64,000 nucleotides of DNA, taken from positions 2,968 through 66,967 of the IMG/VR virus record IMGVR_UViG_3300045283_000349; one strand, 5' to 3'. Both the position numbers and the translations under genes were made by a program. The notes below the pieces were generated by a model, which was not told where the DNA came from, did no database searches, and saw only the letters and a list, made by a program, of their open reading frames with translations. Positions 35,941 to 46,237 of this stretch are shown here, one piece after another. The stretch's first letter is position 1. Every line of letters starts with the position of its first letter. This DNA is from a virus.

Positions 35941-36093
35941 CATGCGAAAAGCTCAATATTCTCAAATGCTTACAGCTTCAAGACAACCGGGACTGGGTGG
36001 ACTGTTACTAGATTCAGGAGAGGCAATATCAAATGCGCCCTCGCCCGGCGCCGCGCCCTGTGGGCTGGCTGCTGCGCGTGCGACGCTTGGCAG

Positions 36094-36432
36094 GTGTGGA
36101 TCACCCTGTGCGAGGGCCTCGGCGCGGACGATCCGATCAAGCTGCTGGCCAGCTACGGCCTGGCCGGTCTGGTCATCATCGCCCTGGTGGTCGATCGCAA
36201 GTACATGCAGGCAAAGCTCAACGCGGCCGAGGCCAAGTACGACGCGCAGACCGAGCGCCATCGCCTCGAGATGGACGCCTTCCACCAGCGCCACGAAGCG
36301 AAGGCCGAGAACTGGGCCGAGCACCTCAGCCAGATCGCGGCCAAGAACCAGGAGAACGATGTAAAGATCATCGCCCTGCTCGAGGCGATGTTGCGCACGC
36401 GGGACAAGCGCGCGCCGGGCAGCAAGCCATGA
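36094..36432 (+). CDS. putative holin-like protein
   Basis: one N-terminal TM helix then charged coiled coil (BhlA/UviB-like layout). Confidence 0.5.
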   Translation: MWITLCEGLGADDPIKLLASYGLAGLVIIALVVDRKYMQAKLNAAEAKYDAQTERHRLEMDAFHQRHEAKAENWAEHLSQIAAKNQENDVKIIALLEAMLRTRDKRAPGSKP

Positions 36433-36707
36433 CCGATGACGATCTGCCGAGCCCGCGCCGGCCGCGCCTCACGCCCGCGCACGAGGCGCGCCTTGAGCCC
36501 GTAGACGCCCGCAGCCGCGCCAGCTACGAGGACGCCGAGGCCGCGTTGCTGACCAAGGGCGAAGCGGGCGAGAAGCTCGACGAGCTGCTGGCCCTAATCA
36601 ACGACGGCGGCGGCGTGCCGCAGGCCATGCTCGAGATGTCCGACTCGACCGTGCACACGCTGACGCTTGTGCTGCACCCGAAGCCCAAACCGGACGACGA
36701 GCGGTAA
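36429..36707 (+). CDS. hypothetical protein
   Basis: ATGA-coupled. Confidence 0.55.
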   Translation: MTDDDLPSPRRPRLTPAHEARLEPVDARSRASYEDAEAALLTKGEAGEKLDELLALINDGGGVPQAMLEMSDSTVHTLTLVLHPKPKPDDER

Positions 36708-36914
36708 CTCGCAGTGGCGGGCCGCCGTGGTAACGTCGCGGCCCATGACGCCTCACCCCAGCGACTGCGACTGCTCCGCGTGCACGGTCTCGGCTGATCT
36801 GCGTCCCTCCGAACCGCCGCCGCTGCCCGTTTTCGAGCCGCCGACGGTGACTTTTCTCGGCACCGTCGACGACCTGCTGGCCATGACCTGCGGGCACGCC
36901 GCTCGCAGCGACGA

Positions 36915-37202
36915 CTAGGGTTCCGGTTCGGGGTCGGGTTCCTGCAGGTCCATGGCCGCGCCGATCTCCTCGTACGTCGTCGCGCTCGGGTTGTCCTGCA
37001 CCGCCTGCTCGAACCCGCTGATCAACTGGCCACGCAGCTCTGCCAGTTCGCTCTGCACCGTCGTTCGCTCCTCGGTCAACGCCCCCCACTCTGCGTCTAT
37101 CGGCACTCTGAGCGCCGCCAGCTCTTCGATACGCGCGTTGATCTCGAGCACACGCGCGGCGCGCGGGGTGATATCGCCGGTGATCTCCGTCAATGGCAGC
37201 AT
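36915..37202 (-). CDS. coiled-coil protein, possible fibre chaperone
   Basis: 95 aa directly after fibre gene; SD present. Confidence 0.6.
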   Translation of the reverse strand: MLPLTEITGDITPRAARVLEINARIEELAALRVPIDAEWGALTEERTTVQSELAELRGQLISGFEQAVQDNPSATTYEEIGAAMDLQEPDPEPEP

Positions 37203-37219
37203 GGTGGTGGGTCCCTTTC

Positions 37220-40200
37220 CTAAAGCGCCCCATCCTGGAGCGATGACACGTTATCCGCTTTCCAGATCACCCGCGCGGTCGAACCGCTCGGGTTGAACGT
37301 CTTGCCGAGGCGGAGCTTCCGCTGGGTGCCAGTGCTGGGCGAGGTCGTCGTCGCAACCTTCGATGTGGTTGGCGACAGATACGACATCACGCCCGACGCG
37401 GGGGCTGCGGCGAAGTTGACCAGGGGCGCGCCGCCGGTCGCAATGTACCCCAGCGCACCGCTGGCAGGCGGCGTGACCATCACGCCATCGGCGTATGCGT
37501 TGCCGATCGCATCGGCCAGCGAGCCGGTGACCTGGTTGGTGGTGCCGTTGAACCGCACCACGTCTCCCACGTTGAGAGCGCCGCCCGAGCTATTGGTGAC
37601 GGGGACGAAACCCGATGCGATCGCAGTACCGGTGCCCAGGATCTTGTTGGCCGCGCTGTCCTCGAACCCGACAGAGGTCAAGGCCGTATGCGACGTGATC
37701 GCTGGGCCTGCGACCCGGATGTCGCCCGCGGTGCCGCTGACCGTGTTGGCCGAGCTGCGGCCAGTGATTAGGGCACAGCCCACCGCCGCAGACATGTCGA
37801 TCCCGACATCCGTGTTGCCCGAGGTGCCGGTGCAGCCATCCACGGACAACGTGCAGCCGATCGCGGTCAGTTTGATTGCGCCAGTGGTGGAGTTGGTGAC
37901 GTCCACCCGACGAATGCCCATGGTCGACTGGTTGACCGCGATCTGGCCGGAGACCACGCGCGGCGCCGCGTTCGTGGCCGACGTGTCCCCGAACACGAAG
38001 CCCGATGTCTCGCCCAGGTTGGCGCCGCCCGGCGGGCCGCAGAGCGTGAACGACGGTGCAGTTTGAAAGTACGACCTGGGGCCGATGCCACCATTGGTGG
38101 ATTGGCATTGCGACACCGCGAAGGTCGCGCTGGCTCGCATCGCTCCCAGGCACGTGACGTTCTGGGAGAACACGCGATTGATGTTGCCGTTGCAGGCCAG
38201 GCGTAGGCCCATGCCGAGAGTTATCGCCGTCAGCGCCTCGGTGTTGAACGTGTCGCGGACCGAGAAATTGAACATGTCCGACGCAGTGAAGACCGTCGTA
38301 TTGGTGGCTCCGGATAGCTCGACAAAGGCGAGCCCCGTGCCAGGCGCGCTCACCTTGAAGGCGTTTGCCGTGGTGCTCGCGGTCCGCACGCCCGTGAGGT
38401 AGTTGAAGAACAGGCCAAAGCCGCTGGACTGTGGGATGCCGTGCGCCCAGTCGATCTTGTCGACGATGCAGCCCGGCCGTTCGATGAAGAACTGGTCTCC
38501 CGCCGAGCCCGTCGCAGGCGCGGTCGAGGTCGCGCTGCCCGGGGTGACGGACCCTGTCGCATTCAACGTTACGACCCGGCATTGATTGCGCAGCGCCACC
38601 GTGACGGTCGTGGGCGAGAAGCGAATCCGGTACTGCACAGCCGCCGGATCGGCGCTGATCGACCCAGCGTTCAGGTTGAGCAGCGTGGTGGTACTGCCAG
38701 CGCCAACCGTGAATGACCCGTCGCCGTTGGGGCCGGTGGCCACCTGGACGCAGCCCTGGGTGATCTGGTCGCTGGCCGAGTTCGTGAGGTCTGTTGACCC
38801 CGACACGCGGAAGTACGGGTAGCCGGACAGTCCGCCGGTCAGGATGGAATCGGCCGTGACGCCGTCCTGTTTGAGGTACGTGCCTCCATCCGAGCGGTTC
38901 TTCCACAGCGCCACGATCCAGCGCCCAGCGCCGAGCTTCGGGACGATCTGAAAGAAGCGCTCCCAGGTCTTGATAGCGATGCCGGCCGGTGAGAGCGCCG
39001 CGCCGGCGGCCGCATCGATATAGCCGACGTTTGTGTCGAGACCGTTCTCGTTGTCGAGCACGTAGTAGCGGACCTGCTGCACGCCAGCGACGGTGATGGG
39101 CCACGTGGCAACGAGGGCTTGGAGCTTGGCGAAATCGGCCGCGCTCAGATAGCCGTCCGCGGTCGGCGTGGCGAGCGGCAGCAGCGGGTGCTGGTGGTTC
39201 CAAGGCGACGCCTCGGTCCCATTGCCGGGATCGCCACCAGCCACGCTACCCAAGGGCGTGTTGGTCGAAAGAGGCGGCTGCGGGCCGGCGGGTCCCGTTG
39301 CGCCCGTAGCACCTGTCGGGCCTGTCGGGCCAGGGGCGCCGTCCGCGCCTGCTGGGCCCACAGGACCCGTCGCTCCCGTCGCTCCAGTTGCGCCTGTTGC
39401 ACCAGTGGGACCTGGCGCCCCGTCGGCTCCAGGTGGGCCATCCGCTCCAGCTGGGCCGGCTGCACCCGTTGGCCCCGTCGCGCCAGCGGGACCCGTGGGA
39501 CCGAGAGGGCCTTGCGGGCCGGTTGGTCCCGGCGGCCCATCGGCGCCGGCGGGCCCATCGGCCCCGTCTGCACCAGCGGGTCCGGTCGCGCCGTCCGCAC
39601 CATCCACACCGTCGGCCCCCGCTGGTCCCTGTGGCCCGGTCGCGCCCGGCGCGCCGTCGGCCCCCGCCGGGCCGGTTGCACCAGGCGGTCCGATGAGCGA
39701 CGTCGGATCCCCCCAGTCGCCGGCGGTCTTGTCGCCATAGATGTCGTACACCGTCCTGTCGATGCACCAGTCGCCATTGAAACCGAGCCCGGGCAGCGGC
39801 GGCCCATCGCTCGTTCGCAGCGTCCGGCCGCCGATCAAATCGAGCAGTTCCGGCGGGACCGTGTCTGGCTCACCCAGTAGGCCCACCGATTCTCGAATCT
39901 CGAAAAAGCTGAGCGGCACCACCTGGGACCGCACGTCCAAGGCGTCGGTCCAAAACACGTCGTAGTGGTAGCGGCCCCAGGGCAAGCCGGCCGTGTCGCC
40001 CTGAATAAGTATGAATTTCGCGGCGCCGCCCTCCAGGCTGATGGGCACAGCGGTGCGCACAATCGTTGGCACTAGGTCTGACGGCCGTCTCCGGACGCTG
40101 AGCACCAGCTCGCCGCCAGTCAGATCTACCGGCTCGCGATTCGAAGAGACGAGGGTAACTACGATCGTGGCGTCTTCAGCGATGACGAGTTCGAGTCGCT

Positions 40201-40285
40201 GAGGAGTCGCTTGCGCGGGCGCCCCGATAGCCGGCACGCTGCCATCGTTGAGAACCGCGCTGATCTGAAGATTGAGCACGGTCAC
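37220..40285 (-). CDS. collagen-like fibre protein
   Basis: BppU-like N-terminus, long Gly-X-Y run, S/T/G-rich beta C-terminus. Confidence 0.85.
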   Translation of the reverse strand: MTVLNLQISAVLNDGSVPAIGAPAQATPQRLELVIAEDATIVVTLVSSNREPVDLTGGELVLSVRRRPSDLVPTIVRTAVPISLEGGAAKFILIQGDTAGLPWGRYHYDVFWTDALDVRSQVVPLSFFEIRESVGLLGEPDTVPPELLDLIGGRTLRTSDGPPLPGLGFNGDWCIDRTVYDIYGDKTAGDWGDPTSLIGPPGATGPAGADGAPGATGPQGPAGADGVDGADGATGPAGADGADGPAGADGPPGPTGPQGPLGPTGPAGATGPTGAAGPAGADGPPGADGAPGPTGATGATGATGATGPVGPAGADGAPGPTGPTGATGATGPAGPQPPLSTNTPLGSVAGGDPGNGTEASPWNHQHPLLPLATPTADGYLSAADFAKLQALVATWPITVAGVQQVRYYVLDNENGLDTNVGYIDAAAGAALSPAGIAIKTWERFFQIVPKLGAGRWIVALWKNRSDGGTYLKQDGVTADSILTGGLSGYPYFRVSGSTDLTNSASDQITQGCVQVATGPNGDGSFTVGAGSTTTLLNLNAGSISADPAAVQYRIRFSPTTVTVALRNQCRVVTLNATGSVTPGSATSTAPATGSAGDQFFIERPGCIVDKIDWAHGIPQSSGFGLFFNYLTGVRTASTTANAFKVSAPGTGLAFVELSGATNTTVFTASDMFNFSVRDTFNTEALTAITLGMGLRLACNGNINRVFSQNVTCLGAMRASATFAVSQCQSTNGGIGPRSYFQTAPSFTLCGPPGGANLGETSGFVFGDTSATNAAPRVVSGQIAVNQSTMGIRRVDVTNSTTGAIKLTAIGCTLSVDGCTGTSGNTDVGIDMSAAVGCALITGRSSANTVSGTAGDIRVAGPAITSHTALTSVGFEDSAANKILGTGTAIASGFVPVTNSSGGALNVGDVVRFNGTTNQVTGSLADAIGNAYADGVMVTPPASGALGYIATGGAPLVNFAAAPASGVMSYLSPTTSKVATTTSPSTGTQRKLRLGKTFNPSGSTARVIWKADNVSSLQDGAL
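39276..39692 (-). repeat. 9-nt-period collagen Gly-X-Y coding repeat
   Basis: [12 protein letters not shown] triplets. Confidence 0.9.
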
Positions 40286-40993
40286 TCAGCCCAATGCCAT
40301 GGCATCGCACTCATCGCCGGCGTAGTTGGCCGACTTGCGGTCTCCCGCTGGGCGCGCACGCGTGATGTGCACGGCCGTCACCTCTCCGATGTGCTGCACG
40401 ATGTGCGGCAGGAGCATTCCGAATCGCAGGCCCTTGAAGTAGTAGCGCAGGGCGAACAGGCGCCCGAACTGCTTCTCGCCCGGCTCGTGCGACACGACGA
40501 TCTCCGCGTGCTGCTTGTCCGGCCACATGAGCGCAAGCGAGCGCAGGGGGATCTTGATCGCCTGCACCCCACTTTGAATGACCCCCTTGTCGGGCACCGC
40601 GCGCTCCTCCAAGCCTGCCTTCGCGCCCGCCGGTGTGTAGAAATCGAAGAACGAGACGAACGCGAGGTCCGCGGGCACCTCGTACTCGACGATCTTCTTC
40701 ACTGCGTTTTTGGACAACACGATGTCGTCCTCGAAGAAGGCCAGGTCTTGCTGGCGTTCGCGCGCCAGCTTCACGACGGCCTCCAGCCCCGGCAGCGTTC
40801 CGGTCGACTCGGCCGTGCTCCTCACGGTCCAGCCCTCCGGAGCGACGCCCTCGAAGGGCCCGTCGCAATAGATCAGCTTGTCTTCTTTCGGCAGACCGGC
40901 GCCCCCGGTCGCGTCGATCCGCTTGATTGTCTCGTTGAAGTACGAGAATCCATTCTCTCGCTTGGTGGTGTTGACGACGAGCAAAGTCGACAT
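40286..40993 (-). CDS. GT-A-fold glycosyltransferase
   Basis: IYCDG, FFEDDI (DxD-type), P.IVQHIG. Confidence 0.7.
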   Translation of the reverse strand: MSTLLVVNTTKRENGFSYFNETIKRIDATGGAGLPKEDKLIYCDGPFEGVAPEGWTVRSTAESTGTLPGLEAVVKLARERQQDLAFFEDDIVLSKNAVKKIVEYEVPADLAFVSFFDFYTPAGAKAGLEERAVPDKGVIQSGVQAIKIPLRSLALMWPDKQHAEIVVSHEPGEKQFGRLFALRYYFKGLRFGMLLPHIVQHIGEVTAVHITRARPAGDRKSANYAGDECDAMALG

Positions 40994-41039
40994 TGGGCGG
41001 GATCCTTTGAAGAGGGGGTTTTGATAGGGGGTGGGTGGG

Positions 41040-41888
41040 CTACTCGGGGGCGTCGCCGGGATAAACAGACGATCCGTCGCCGTTCAACAGCTCGACCACC
41101 CAACCGTTGCCGTGTCCCGCAACTCCGACGTTCCAGCGCATCTGCACGGACGCGACGCCATTCGTGTCACGAACGATCACGTGCGCGCCGACGTTGCCGC
41201 TGCTGGTACCGCCGGAGAGGCCGTCGATGATCGTGGCGTTGATGACGAGCTGGTTCGTAGCGTGGGGGGCCATCGTGCGGAACGTATGCGGCTGATGATC
41301 GGCCGTGCCATTGGGCAGCGTCAGCGTCACGGTTCCACCCGCAATCTCAACATCGGTGTGCGTCTTGGCCAGATCGACGGTGCCGTCCGCGAAGAAGAAC
41401 TGGTAGCCGCCAGCTCCGGCCGGGCCGGCCGGGCCAGTCGGGCCAGTTGGCCCTGTCGGACCTCTCGCACCCGTCAGACCGGTCGGGCCTGGCGACGATG
41501 GCAACAGACCCCAGGAGATCGTGCCCGTGGCGGGGCCGCCCAGATCACCCTTGGTCAGACGGCCGTTCGCATGCCAGACCTCCGGAATCGCATCACCATC
41601 GACCAGGAGCTGGATCACGGTGCGTGCGCCCAAAAATCCCACGCGGATCGGCGTCGGTACGCCGGGCGTAACCTCATCGCCAAAACCCTCGCCGTTCATC
41701 ACGCGGAGCTGACTGTCCGGAACCCCCTGCGCACCGGCCAGGATCCGGATCTGGACGGCGGTGTCGAACACCACGTCGCCCACGAACCCGCTGAAGTCCT
41801 TGTAGGTCCCGTCGCCCGTGTCCAACCACGTGATGATTCCGCCCTCGGTGGGCTGCGGAGGTTGCGCGATCAGGATGTCATCTTTCAT
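41040..41888 (-). CDS. short collagen-repeat fibre protein
   Basis: GPTGLTGARGPTGPTGPTGPAGPAG then beta-rich tip. Confidence 0.7.
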   Translation of the reverse strand: MKDDILIAQPPQPTEGGIITWLDTGDGTYKDFSGFVGDVVFDTAVQIRILAGAQGVPDSQLRVMNGEGFGDEVTPGVPTPIRVGFLGARTVIQLLVDGDAIPEVWHANGRLTKGDLGGPATGTISWGLLPSSPGPTGLTGARGPTGPTGPTGPAGPAGAGGYQFFFADGTVDLAKTHTDVEIAGGTVTLTLPNGTADHQPHTFRTMAPHATNQLVINATIIDGLSGGTSSGNVGAHVIVRDTNGVASVQMRWNVGVAGHGNGWVVELLNGDGSSVYPGDAPE

Positions 41889-41903
41889 TGGGTTCCCAGC
41901 TTG

Positions 41904-41927
41904 TTGACCTGTTGACCTATGGACCTG
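41904..41927 (+). repeat. 8-bp unit array D
   Basis: TTGACCTG TTGACCTA TGGACCTG. Confidence 0.75.
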
Positions 41928-41930
41928 CGC

Positions 41931-41966
41931 ATCGTCTCCCGGTCAGCCCCGAGCCTCAAGGTTTCA
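41931..41966 (-). promoter_or_regulatory. phage late promoter, copy 5
   Basis: TGAAACC TTGAGG N17 GACGAT; short leader containing array D. Confidence 0.65.
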
Positions 41967-42677
41967 GCCCCCGTTCTTGAGCCGCTCCTCCAACGTGTCG
42001 CGTATCTCCTCGGGGTAGTCCTGCAGGTCCGGCTCCCAGTCAGGGCCATCGATGGGCGGCGGGGACCCGAAGCCTTCGTCGGGCTCGCTGTCGGGCGGCT
42101 CGTCGTCGATCCCCTCGTCCGCAGCCTCGTCCGCCGATAGCGGCGTGACCACCGAGCGGCAATTGAAGTGCAGCGGCGGCGTGCGGTTCTCCCAGGCCGG
42201 GTCATCCGCAGCCAGGACGGTGCCATCGTTGTCGTGGCAGACCTCGGTCTGCGCGTCATCGTCGATCCCATCAAAGCGCAGGTAGGGCCGGAACTGCCGG
42301 ACCGACGGGGCCGAGATCACGGCATGGCGGCCGCCGTTGTAGGCAGTGAGCAGGTTGGTCCGGAAGATGGTCTCGAGCCGCCCGGGCTTGTCGGCCCCCC
42401 AGTGATCGACAAGCTTGGCCCCGGCGTCTGCCTTGAAGGTCTCGAAGGTCGTCCCCTGCTCGATCGCGGAGGCCAGGCCGTCGAACACCTCGGTGATGAT
42501 GTCGGCCAGCGCGACCTCCGAGACGGTGAAGGCGAACTGCTTTTGCCCCTCGTTGAGCTTGTCCCACTCCTCGCGTTTCATTGGTACGCGGGCGCGGAAT
42601 TTCTGGATCGCCTCGGTGAACTGGTTGGGGTCCGCAGGGATCCCGTCTTCGGCGCCGCCCCCTCCGCGCTTCGGCAT
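41964..42677 (-). CDS. head morphogenesis protein (Mu gpF / SPP1 gp7)
   Basis: AFTV, RLETIFRTN...AYN.G, PPLHFNCRS. Confidence 0.93.
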   Translation of the reverse strand: MPKRGGGGAEDGIPADPNQFTEAIQKFRARVPMKREEWDKLNEGQKQFAFTVSEVALADIITEVFDGLASAIEQGTTFETFKADAGAKLVDHWGADKPGRLETIFRTNLLTAYNGGRHAVISAPSVRQFRPYLRFDGIDDDAQTEVCHDNDGTVLAADDPAWENRTPPLHFNCRSVVTPLSADEAADEGIDDEPPDSEPDEGFGSPPPIDGPDWEPDLQDYPEEIRDTLEERLKNGG

Positions 42678-42684
42678 CGGGCGC

Positions 42685-44730
42685 TCAGAGTTCCTCGAGC
42701 ACGCCGAGGCGGCCCGCCATGTGGGCCATGATCTGCGCCCGCTCGACCACGCGCCGGAGCGCCGTTGCGTCGGCGCCCTTGTAGCGCCGGGTGAGGCGCG
42801 CCCTCAGATCGGCGGGGCTTGTGGCCTTGTCGACGTCCTCGAGAATGCCCGCGAGGTCCTGCTTGAGCGCCTGGGCGGCCCGCCGCTTGGCCGCCTTCTT
42901 GAGGGCATCGGCATACTTGGCGGTCCGCTTGTGGCCCGCCACCCCGGGACCTGGTGCCCCGCTGAGTCGTTCGATTTGCTCGTCGGGGTCCTGTTGACCT
43001 AGCGCCGTGGCTGTTGAAATGACTAGTTTGGCAAGGCCACTCTTCACACCTGGCGGCGTCGCCGCGCCGTCGGCCGGCAACTGCGGGGGCTCCTTACCAT
43101 CGGCCGGCAGCTGCGGCGGCGCTGCTGCTTGATCCCCTGCCCCGCTGGCCCCGTCCCCTGGCCCCGTCCCCGCCTCAGCCTGCGCCGCCGTGGCAACCGT
43201 GGCGGCATGTTTGGCCTGGAACTCGGCCACGGTCAAATCCCCATCGGGATTGCGGCCGCCGCCTTCGCCCTCGAGCGGTCCCATCCCGGCGGCCGCGCGC
43301 GCCTCGTTCACGGTCACGATCGCGCCCAGCGCGGACGGGGTCAGCGCCACGCGGCCACCGGCGCCTGGTGTCGCGCCCTCGTCCAGCTCGGCTGCGGCAA
43401 GCAGCGGGATTCCCCAGATGGCAGCGATGGCGTCCGTGTCGATCTCGAGGCCAGCCAGCTGCAGCGCCGTGACGGCCACGCCCACCGCCTCGAGCGTCTG
43501 CGCCTCTTTCAGCTCGTCCTCGGGCTCCTCCACTACGTAGCGCGCCCGCGGCGCCAGCGCCGGATCGCCATAGTTGCGCTCGGCCCAGTGGGTGAGCCCC
43601 TGCTTTTGCAGGGTGTCCGCGATCACCGCGTCCTCGAGAAGCTTGGTGAAAGCGACGCCGGCGTGGACATCGGCGGCAGCGCGTGAGCCTCCCTGCACCT
43701 CGGTGGTGAGGTTCTGGCCCAGGACTGTCACCGCGATGTTGACCTCGATCTTGCCGATCAGCCGCTCGAAGCCCTCCTCGCTGCGGCCCATGGGCTCGAC
43801 GATGCTGAACTTGTATCTTGGCGCGTCCTTGTCGCCGGTCACGGGCAGGAACAACGCGGTCTCGGATCCCCGATTGGCGACGTCCTGCATGACCTTCTGC
43901 TTTTCGTCGTCGGGCGCGTTGTCCGGCACCTCGAGCACGTCGGCGGGCATGCCGTGCTTTTCGCTGTAGCGGGACCAGTCGCGGTATGCCCACTGCCGGC
44001 ACAGGTACAGCATAGCCAGCGGGCGCAGCATGGCGCGCCGCCAAGGCGATCGGAACCCGTACGGCATGTAGATGATCCACTTGCCATCACTGCGGGCATT
44101 CTCCTCGGTCGAGGGCAGATCGATGAGGCCCTCCATGGTCCGCAGCTGGTAGATGCCCTTCTGGTAATTCCAGCGCAGGAACTGCGGGTGCCACACGCGC
44201 GTGGTGAAGGTCGAGAAGGTCGGATCGCTGTAGTCCCACATGATCTCGGCTACGCCGATGCCGAGAAGGCGACCCCAGTGCAGCAGCTCGGAGACCACGT
44301 CTTTGGGGAACATGGTCGACCACAGCCCGGGCTCGTCGTCGCTGCCCTGGATCAGCTCGGCGATCTTTTTGGCCTTGAGCTTGGGCTTGACCGTCGATGC
44401 CTTGATCGCCAGATCGGAGGCCACGAGCGCGCCCCAGCGCGTGGAAGTCGTGCCGCTGATCCGGTCATCCCTCAACATGGCGTCGGCCAGCTTGGCGGCG
44501 TCCTCGAAGGACGTGCCCTCCTCGAAGGTCCTCAACACCGACTTGATTTGGCCCACACGGTCCAGTTCGAGGAAGCCAGCCACCGGGGGCATCTGCTGCA
44601 GAGTCCCCGCGCGGATGGTTTCACGGGCGGGCGGCCGGGCCTTCAGGACGGTGACCGCCGCGCCATCACGGGCGGTCCCTGTGGCCACCACGGCCAACTT
44701 CCCTCGCTGCCTGTTCCTGCGCTTGGACAC
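42685..44730 (-). CDS. portal protein (DUF935, Mu gp29-like) with long C-terminal extension
   Basis: G..VAEI.W, W..Y.EK.GMP, VLGQNLTT..GGS.AA..VH; start placed at GTG 44730 from promoter spacing. Confidence 0.9.
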   Translation of the reverse strand: MSKRRNRQRGKLAVVATGTARDGAAVTVLKARPPARETIRAGTLQQMPPVAGFLELDRVGQIKSVLRTFEEGTSFEDAAKLADAMLRDDRISGTTSTRWGALVASDLAIKASTVKPKLKAKKIAELIQGSDDEPGLWSTMFPKDVVSELLHWGRLLGIGVAEIMWDYSDPTFSTFTTRVWHPQFLRWNYQKGIYQLRTMEGLIDLPSTEENARSDGKWIIYMPYGFRSPWRRAMLRPLAMLYLCRQWAYRDWSRYSEKHGMPADVLEVPDNAPDDEKQKVMQDVANRGSETALFLPVTGDKDAPRYKFSIVEPMGRSEEGFERLIGKIEVNIAVTVLGQNLTTEVQGGSRAAADVHAGVAFTKLLEDAVIADTLQKQGLTHWAERNYGDPALAPRARYVVEEPEDELKEAQTLEAVGVAVTALQLAGLEIDTDAIAAIWGIPLLAAAELDEGATPGAGGRVALTPSALGAIVTVNEARAAAGMGPLEGEGGGRNPDGDLTVAEFQAKHAATVATAAQAEAGTGPGDGASGAGDQAAAPPQLPADGKEPPQLPADGAATPPGVKSGLAKLVISTATALGQQDPDEQIERLSGAPGPGVAGHKRTAKYADALKKAAKRRAAQALKQDLAGILEDVDKATSPADLRARLTRRYKGADATALRRVVERAQIMAHMAGRLGVLEEL

Positions 44731-44737
44731 CGTTGCC

Positions 44738-44773
44738 AGCATGCCGACATGGCCACGGGCCCTCAACGTTTCG
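44738..44773 (-). promoter_or_regulatory. phage late promoter, copy 6
   Basis: CGAAACG TTGAGG N17 CATGCT N7 GTG. Confidence 0.72.
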
Positions 44774-44797
44774 TGGACCTATTGATTTGTTGGCTTG
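44774..44797 (+). repeat. 8-bp unit array E
   Basis: TGGACCTA TTGATTTG TTGGCTTG; imperfect inverted copy follows (44809-44826). Confidence 0.55.
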
Positions 44798-44833
44798 GCC
44801 GTAGACCCCAACCAACCAATAGGCCAGCCGTTT

Positions 44834-46237
44834 TTAGATGCGCCGGGGGGCGTGCACCGTGGGCAGGGGCCTACCGACTCGTGGTGCCGAGCCACTCAAC
44901 ATGAGGTGGGTTAGGGCCCAGACGTTGGCATCGAGCCGGTCGGGACTCTTGCGGGCCAACAGCGGGTTCCACGTGGTCATCTGGTCCTCGAGCCTTGCAT
45001 GCACACCGACGTGGTGCACCTCGCCCTTCTCGTAGAGCGTCGCGATCGGCTCGGCGCGGATGGCTTTGCCTCGCGATGCCGTGACGGCCTGGTAGGCCAC
45101 GGGCCGGTCGCGCGCGTAGGCCCGCAGGGTCGATCCCACCAGGGCGCCACCGTTGTTGACCTCGGCGATGATCTTGTCCATCTGCTGATCGTGGTAGGCG
45201 TCGACCGCGATTTTCGCCCACTCCTCGGGCTGGTAGTAGCCCGACAGGTCGCCCAGCACGAAGCCGTGCATGCCCTCCTTGTTCTGGCAGATGCAGCGGC
45301 CGACGCCCGCGTAGACGATGCCGGTCTCGGCGGTGAAGATCTCGGTCTCGGCGGCACGCTTGCGATCGGCCTCGTCGGCCGTGGCTGGATCGATCGCCAG
45401 CACCATGCGCAGCAGATCGAAGGGCGGCACGACCACGCGCGACTTTTCGATCGTCGACATCTTGAACATGGCGCCCGGCGTGTCGCCGAGTAGCTCGCCG
45501 CGGATCTCCTGCTGGCCAAGGCGCGTGCCCTCGAATTCGTCGCGGATCGCCTCGAAGAACTTGCGGTCGAGGTTCTTGGCATTGTCGTAGGTGCTGCCGC
45601 CCTGGACGATGCTGCCCGGGTTGATGACGAGCTGGCGGATCAGAGCCGTGGGCCGCGGGGTCATCGTGATCACCATCTGGGGGCTGTCGCCCCGCGGGCC
45701 GGTGATGCGGAGGGCGAGCCGGATCAGCTTCCAGGTCATCTCGGCATTTCGCCAAGACCCGAGCTCGTCGGCCCAGAGGTAGTCGTGGTTGCCACCGCGG
45801 GCACGCTCGGGCTCCTCGGAGCTGTAGAGATGGGCCACGGCGCCGTTGGGCCAGTGCAGCTCGCGGTCCTTGGCGATCCAGGTTGGCCGATCAATTTCCG
45901 GCGTGATGGCCAGGATCCCGCTCGGTCCCTCGATCATCAGCTTGCGGCCGTCGCCGAGGGTGGGGGCAACCAGCGCGATGTTGCGCCGCCGGCCCTGGGC
46001 GACCTGGGCGCGCACCGTCTGCGCACCGGTCATCGTCTTGCCCCAGCCGCGGCCGGCCTTGATGATCCAATAATCCCAGTCCTTCCTCGCCAGCGCCGCG
46101 CCCGGCTCGCCAGGCGGGATCTGCTCGGGCCGCGCCATCGAGGTCCAGTCATAGGCGTTGACGGCGCGCCGGTGGGCGGCCTGCCGTTCGGAAAGGATGC
46201 TCGCAACGAGCCGGAGGCGGGCAGCGAAGGCGGTCAC
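44834..46237 (-). CDS. terL: terminase large subunit
   Basis: AGRGWGKT Walker A, WADE Walker B, STYDN..NL, AIDPA, EVNNGG, SPDRLDA. Confidence 0.96.
   Translation of the reverse strand: MTAFAARLRLVASILSERQAAHRRAVNAYDWTSMARPEQIPPGEPGAALARKDWDYWIIKAGRGWGKTMTGAQTVRAQVAQGRRRNIALVAPTLGDGRKLMIEGPSGILAITPEIDRPTWIAKDRELHWPNGAVAHLYSSEEPERARGGNHDYLWADELGSWRNAEMTWKLIRLALRITGPRGDSPQMVITMTPRPTALIRQLVINPGSIVQGGSTYDNAKNLDRKFFEAIRDEFEGTRLGQQEIRGELLGDTPGAMFKMSTIEKSRVVVPPFDLLRMVLAIDPATADEADRKRAAETEIFTAETGIVYAGVGRCICQNKEGMHGFVLGDLSGYYQPEEWAKIAVDAYHDQQMDKIIAEVNNGGALVGSTLRAYARDRPVAYQAVTASRGKAIRAEPIATLYEKGEVHHVGVHARLEDQMTTWNPLLARKSPDRLDANVWALTHLMLSGSAPRVGRPLPTVHAPRRI

Noticed and set aside
36051-36093. Late promoter before the holin-like gene
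   Set aside because: -10-like GACGCT is well placed but the CGAAACC element is missing; not counted
39276-39692. DNA-level tandem repeat or array
   Set aside because: Explained by Gly-X-Y coding with varied synonymous codons
42994-43001. Seventh octamer array (TTGACCTA in the portal gene)
   Set aside because: Single unit in coding sequence; could be chance
32340-44730. Transposable Mu-like phage
   Set aside because: Only morphogenesis genes are Mu-like; no MuA, MuB, Mor/C or GemA recognised
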